Positions 58,688 to 64,000 of a stretch of 64,000 nt of DNA are shown in pieces. The notes under the pieces are model-generated. The model was given only the letters and a program-made list of their open reading frames with translations, was not told the DNA's origin and made no database searches. The DNA comes from Eledone cirrhosa. Lineage: Eukaryota. Both the position numbers and the translations under genes were made by a program. Each line of letters opens with the position of its first letter. Position 1 is the first letter of the stretch. The stretch covers positions 351,416,001-351,480,000 of the forward strand of contig OZ024743.1 of NCBI GenBank assembly GCA_964016885.1, in the 5' to 3' direction.

Positions 58688-59446
58688 GCACACACACACA
58701 TACACACACACATATACACACACATATACACACACACGTACGCACACACACATCACACAAAACACACACAGTCTGAACTAAACTAGTTCGTCGAAAAGCA
58801 AGCATATTGTAAGACGAAAACCATTAGTGGACTGAGTCCTGGGATTGAACAAGTGTGATATAGTGACTGTTGAAGTGTATAATTGTTTCTACTTTAGGCA
58901 CAAGGCCAGCAATTACCCAGTGCATTACTGGTACTTTATTTTATCGACCCCGTAAGGATGAAAGGCAAAGTGAACCTCGGCGGGATTTGAACTCAGATCG
59001 TAAAGGGAAGTAACTATGCTGGAAAGCATGGCGTCCGACCCTCCACCGATACTGCCAATCCACCGCCCTTGAAGTGTATATCACTTCTGTGTACAATTTT
59101 AAAATTTCAAGCTCAAAAGATCATCGGGCTAGAACTTATCCCGGTTCCATTGTTTCATTGGCAGCCGTTGTTGGTACACATTTGTTTCAGCTGTGTGTAT
59201 TGGAACAACATGAAACGATGTGTCTTGCTCAAGGATACAATGCACCACCCGGTCTCAGTATTGAACATACGTCCTTACTATTGAAGCTTTATCACTGATA
59301 CAGCAATTTTATATATTCCAACAATTATCAATAGTTCTATAGACAATGCAGATGTGCAATAGTTCTATATACAATAGAGCTTTGTAACAGTTCTATATTT
59401 ACGTAAAATAGAAATGTTTAACAGACGTGATTAATAGAGAACTTAC

Positions 59447-59544
59447 TAGAATAATTATTGGATCGATACTCCAGATAAATTTCCAAAATATCCAAGGTCT
59501 TCGACCCAACATTTGAGTGATATCATTTTCTAATCTTTTCACTC
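59447..59544 (-). CDS. SLC6 transporter exon (loop after TM10 - TM11)
   Basis: ttttgtag|(G)VKRLENDITQMLGRRPWIFWKFIWSIDPIIIL|gtaagt matches the SLC6 YG..RF..DI..MLG.RP..FWK.CW...P pattern; phase 1/0. Confidence 0.88.
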
Positions 59545-59674
59545 CTACAAAACAAGAATTTTATTTGTATCAATTATAGAAATATATCACTTACCCAATG
59601 ATGTATACTAAGTTTTCTTTTAATAATCTAAAATTTGTTCCTCTTAATGCTCCAATATATATAGAGATATATAT

Positions 59675-62600
59675 TTGTTTTGCGAGGTTTTTTATATGAA
59701 ATCGTGTGCCGAAACAAATATTGTTATACATTGTTATAATATTGTTATACATTGTTGTAATAATATTGCCAGAAATAATAACAGAACACACTCACTGTTT
59801 GGTTGGTTTTCGCTTCTGTATCTTAATATCAGTTAATTCATTCGGTCCTCAATGTTTACCATTGACTGACCAACGGTCAAAAATACAGATATAATATAGA
59901 TATAAACACATATATATATAGTCTAACAAAGTTCTTTCGTTGCACATCTGCAACATCGTCAGTGGTGCTATTATGTTCCTCCTGTTGTATTGTATATCTA
60001 CGCCATATTTATTTTATCGGCTTATTTATTTATTTATTTATTTATTTTTGTCTTCTCTGCGCATGCGCTTGCGTGTGTGTATAGTGTTTGGTGTGTGTTC
60101 GCGTTTGGGTGACTGTGTTTTGGTTATTGTATTCTATCTTAGTTTACTAAATGTGTGCTTATATGTGTTTGTTGTTATTGTACCTGTGTATATATTTATT
60201 TATTTATTTATTTATATTTCTCTTAAGTCAGTATTGTTTGTTTGGGTGTTGTTGTTATTCCATTCATTTTTTCTGTTTAGCTTTGGCCTTCTAAGTTCTA
60301 TTTCACTTGCTTCTCTGATTTGCCTATCTGCTGGGTCATTTCTATGTTTAGATATTATTTTAATTTCTATGTTGTCTATGTTACTGTCATGTTGTTGTCT
60401 GGCGTGTTCGTATAGTACTGAACCGTATTTTCGTCCTTTTAGTTCCCCCCAGTGTTAGTCTATCCTTTCACCTATGCTACGAGCTGTCTCGCCTATGTAT
60501 GTTGTCATGTTTCTGCAAGCACCCTCTGTACATCTGATGCTATAGACTACGTTTCTAGTTTTACAGTTTATCCGGAGTTTACTTTACATATAATACATCT
60601 CCTATTAGTACAGTGGGCTTTCTTAAAAGGGTATGTTTTGTTTATCAGGGATTTTATGGTATTTCCTGGTCTTTCTACCACTTTAATCTTTAAGTGGGTC
60701 TTTCTCGGCGCCTTTCTAGACTGGTTAGCTAATTTCCCTCCAGGGGAACATGACACTCTGGTATCTCTGGTTGTCGTACCATGAGGTGGCTTTCTCTATC
60801 TTATGTTTAATCCTATCTAAGCTATTCCATGATTTGCTCTTGTATAATGGGCAAATTCCTTTCACGTCCAGTTCTATGAGAGTCTTATACTTCTCCGTGG
60901 CTCCTTCGTATACTCTGATTCTGTCTCTTTGGTTGTAGCCAGAGAACTGCATCCGCTTGATGAAGTGTTGGATGTGTCTTTCCATTTCTATTGGGTCGCA
61001 CATGCGGGACATGTTCTTCATTACTCGTACCAAGTCTGCGATCAGAATATTAAACTTAGCACTACTGGACATTGCTGAGTTTTTGAGTATCAGGTATTTG
61101 GAGGCCATGGGTTTAGCGTAGTGTGAGTCAAGAATTTGGGCCCTCTCATCTATAGTGTTAATCCAGAGTTCCGTGTCTAATACAGGTAGTCTACTGTTAG
61201 GGTGTTTGGAAGGGTAGTCGATAGTTACAGTTATACTCTGGTGTAAGGAATTAGCTATCTGCTAGATGCTTTACATTGTGCTACATTCTAAATCATACAT
61301 GTTAGTACTCTCTTGTGGTGGTGTCCTTATTACTATATTAATGTCGTCTACGTGACGAGAGTACATGATGAGGTCTATGGAGCTCTCATCAAGGAGATCT
61401 TTGAGTCTCCTTTCCCACCATACCATAAAAAGGTTGGCAACGTCACCAGCTATGCTGACGCCATTGGCTTTTCCCTCATTTTGGGTGTAGATCTTCTCGT
61501 TGAACTTGAATATGTGGCCCTTTGGGGTAGTTTTAATACTAGCCCGTATTGCATGCGCGACACCAAACAGTGTCTTTCTTACCTGATCATTGTTTTTTGG
61601 GGGTCCGCATGGCTTTGGTCCACCCAATCCACCTTCACATGGGAGTCTTTTTTGCCATTGGGGTTATGGTGGGGGGGTCCACCTCTTATGGGTTTACTGG
61701 GGAAGAAACGGCTAAGGTCATGGCTGTCTAGGTAGTCGGTGTCATAAGTAAGTCTAAGTAGGAGGCTTAGTTCGTCTGTGTCGACGTCGCAGAACTCCAC
61801 CTCACTCTCACTTATCATCTCCACACATTTTTCCACGGCAAAATCAATGTTAATGGATGGGTACAGTGATAACACATCCATACTGCCTATTATGCAGTTA
61901 GATAGGTTCCTGTTTTTGTTGCATTCATCGATTCTGCTGAGGAGATCCTCTGTACTGTCACATATATCTGGGGACATATTGATTATATTGAACCATTGAG
62001 AGGGAGTATGAGATCCTGTAGTTGCTAGCGATATTGGCTCCGCATACAGGTCTTGTTGGTGGTCCTGTTGTCGGGTCGTCGACTGTCTTATGGTCTTTGC
62101 GGAGCCCATACAAGGGCGGTATGTCATTGTTAGACGGTTGGAAGTTGTTGGCAGTGCGTCTGCTTGGCTTTAGGATGTCGGTCCACATCATCATGCGAGC
62201 GTTGAAGATCTCTCTCCCCACAATTAGTTGTGTAATTTCGCTCGTGTTGGTGATGTGGGGTTGCATAGCCTTGATATAGTGCGGCATGATGTCTATTAAC
62301 ATCCTACCAGACTTATCCGTGGGTAGACATACTACCTCACCATCCGTTGTGCGCTGCTTGAGGCTAACCAAGCCTTCTACAGGTTTCCTCCCTAGTTGTT
62401 GGACCTCTGGTCTGCTCTGTCTCTTAGTATACCGGTCTACTATTTGTCTAATCTTATTTCTAGCTATGGTGAACTGTGCCTCTGTCTTGTCATCTATTTG
62501 TTGTGGTATACAAACCCTTTTATTAAAGGGTAACCTCGTAGGATAAATTTTACTCATCTTATATGTTTTGTCAGCTGGGTTGAAGAATAGTTTCTCTAAG

Positions 62601-64000
62601 GGGTTGTCATTATATCTATCGTCATAGTTGTGTGTGTTGCTATTATTGTTATTATGGTTGTTGTTGTTCCTACCATTAACATGATTATTTATTGTTATGA
62701 TTGCTAGATGTATTGTTGTTATGATTGTTAGATGTATTGTTGTTGTTTTCTCTATTGTTAGTGTTGTTGTTACTGTTATTTCTACCATTGTGGTTGTTAC
62801 TTTTATTATTATGTTTCTTGTTTTTGTTGTTGTTGTTTTTATGTCAATTATTAATGTTGCTACTCGTATTATTTCCATTATTACTACTGTGGTTGTTGTT
62901 GTTGTTGTTGTGTCTATCATTAATGTTGCTACTCGTATTATTTCCATTATTACCACTGTGGTTGTTGTTGTTGTTGTGCCTGTGATTAATGTTGCCATTA
63001 TTATTATTGTGGTTGTTGTTGTTGTTCTGTCCGTCGTTAATATTACTACCATTATTATTACTACTATTTCTCACACTCCTGCTATTGTCATTGTTATGAC
63101 TATTACTATTATAGCTGTTATTTTTATCGACCCCGTAAGGATGAAAGGCAAAGTTAACCCCCGCCGAGGTTAACTTTGCCTTTCATCCTTACGGGGTCGA
63201 TAAAATAAAGAAGTACCAGTAATACACTGGGGTAATAGCTGGCCTTGTGCCAAAAAGTAGAAACAACTATTATAGCTGTTATTTCTATACTCAGAGTTGT
63301 TGTCCGTATAGTTGTTGTTTATTTTCGCATTCCAGCGTATTTTTGGGAAACACTTTTCCAGCTCCGTTTTACACTCGATTGGATTTATCTTTTTGTAGAC
63401 AGCAAATTTCGGTGGAGGCTGTAGAGTCTGTTGTTCTTGTTCCTTGATTAAAGTGTTCCCATAAATATTTATTGTATGGTCTTTGGTAAATTCTGCCGGT
63501 AATGCTATGTCTGTCATACGGATATTGTTGATGTTATCTGGGTATTTTTGTAAATTTTCTATTTTCCTTTCTTCTTGTTTTTTCTTCTTCATCCATCCTA
63601 ATTTCTTATTGAAATGCCTATTGCATTCGTTTTGAGCATATTTTGTTTCACGTCGAATGATGCCCATGAGTTCATCTATCTCGTTTGGTGTGGTGAGATT
63701 TTGAACTTCCTTAACGTTAACGCGTTTCTGTTTGTAAAGTTCGTTAACTTTTGTATGTTATTCTTTTCATATTGACTGTTAATGTGTGTTTTAGTCGTTC
63801 AGCTTTGTTTGTTGTGTATATTTTGAAGGAAACACAGTGTTTTAAGAAGCGAATTTGTTCTGTTGTTATTGTAGTTTTTATATAACAGAAAACAGCGTCT
63901 TTCAATAACCTTTCAGCTTGGCACAAGTTAATGCCATGACGGCGATGAATTTGTTTTGCGAAGTTTTTTATATGAAATCGTGTGTCGAAACAAATATTGT
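59675..64000 (-). mobile_element. Decayed near-full-length PLE (single long ORF, RT + GIY-YIG) running off the window end
   Basis: PTDKSG, LYGLRKDHK, RPVCGA, GSMDVLSLYPSI, YSRHVDD, YIGETARS, with many frameshifts. Terminal repeat 59675-59724 matches 63950-64000. Partial HHR at 59922-59968 (CTGACGA t gttgca gatg tgcaac GAAA). Confidence 0.88.
63121..63265 (+). mobile_element. 5'-inverted (fold-back) SINE insertion in the PLE ORF
   Basis: SINE core hairpin centred at ~63163; 19-bp TSD actattatagctgttattt at 63105-63123 and 63266-63284. Confidence 0.85.

Noticed and set aside
59586-59650. Donor-like gggtaagt after ENLVYIIG as a further SLC6 exon
   Set aside because: No similarity to the expected TM10 motif, no acceptor, and only ~50 nt from the next exon. 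The upstream exons probably lie beyond the window.

Overview
AT-rich animal genomic DNA, most likely an octopod cephalopod. This is inferred from the SINE family, the RTE tail and the extreme (TA)n/(CA)n load. Nearly all short ORFs in the track are microsatellite noise. The only host gene I can support is the 3' end of an SLC6 Na+/Cl- symporter on the minus strand (exons 59447-59544, 56775-56945, 44527-44640). The rest is nested mobile DNA: (i) a near-complete two-ORF Penelope-like element (PLE, 15157-26981, minus) split inside its GIY-YIG domain by an apparently intact CsRn1-type Ty3/Gypsy element (16669-22709); (ii) further decayed PLEs and pseudo-LTRs; (iii) a decayed RepHel Helitron and several non-autonomous Helitrons; (iv) a decayed CR1-group LINE; (v) an RTE LINE with a PHD-like finger inside RT and a triplicated 1881-bp 3' end; (vi) many tRNA-derived SINEs. 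Main hunt results: the PLE ORF1/ORF2 junction has a U_UUU_UUA -1 frameshift site; about 25 type I hammerhead ribozyme (HHR) motifs of at least ten designs are readable by eye, including a fixed U4A core variant, enlarged stem II domains and inverted fold-back pairs in (TA)n tracts; and a 4x617-bp ORF-less array carries an atypical HHR-like core. All RNA structures were paired by eye, not folded computationally.
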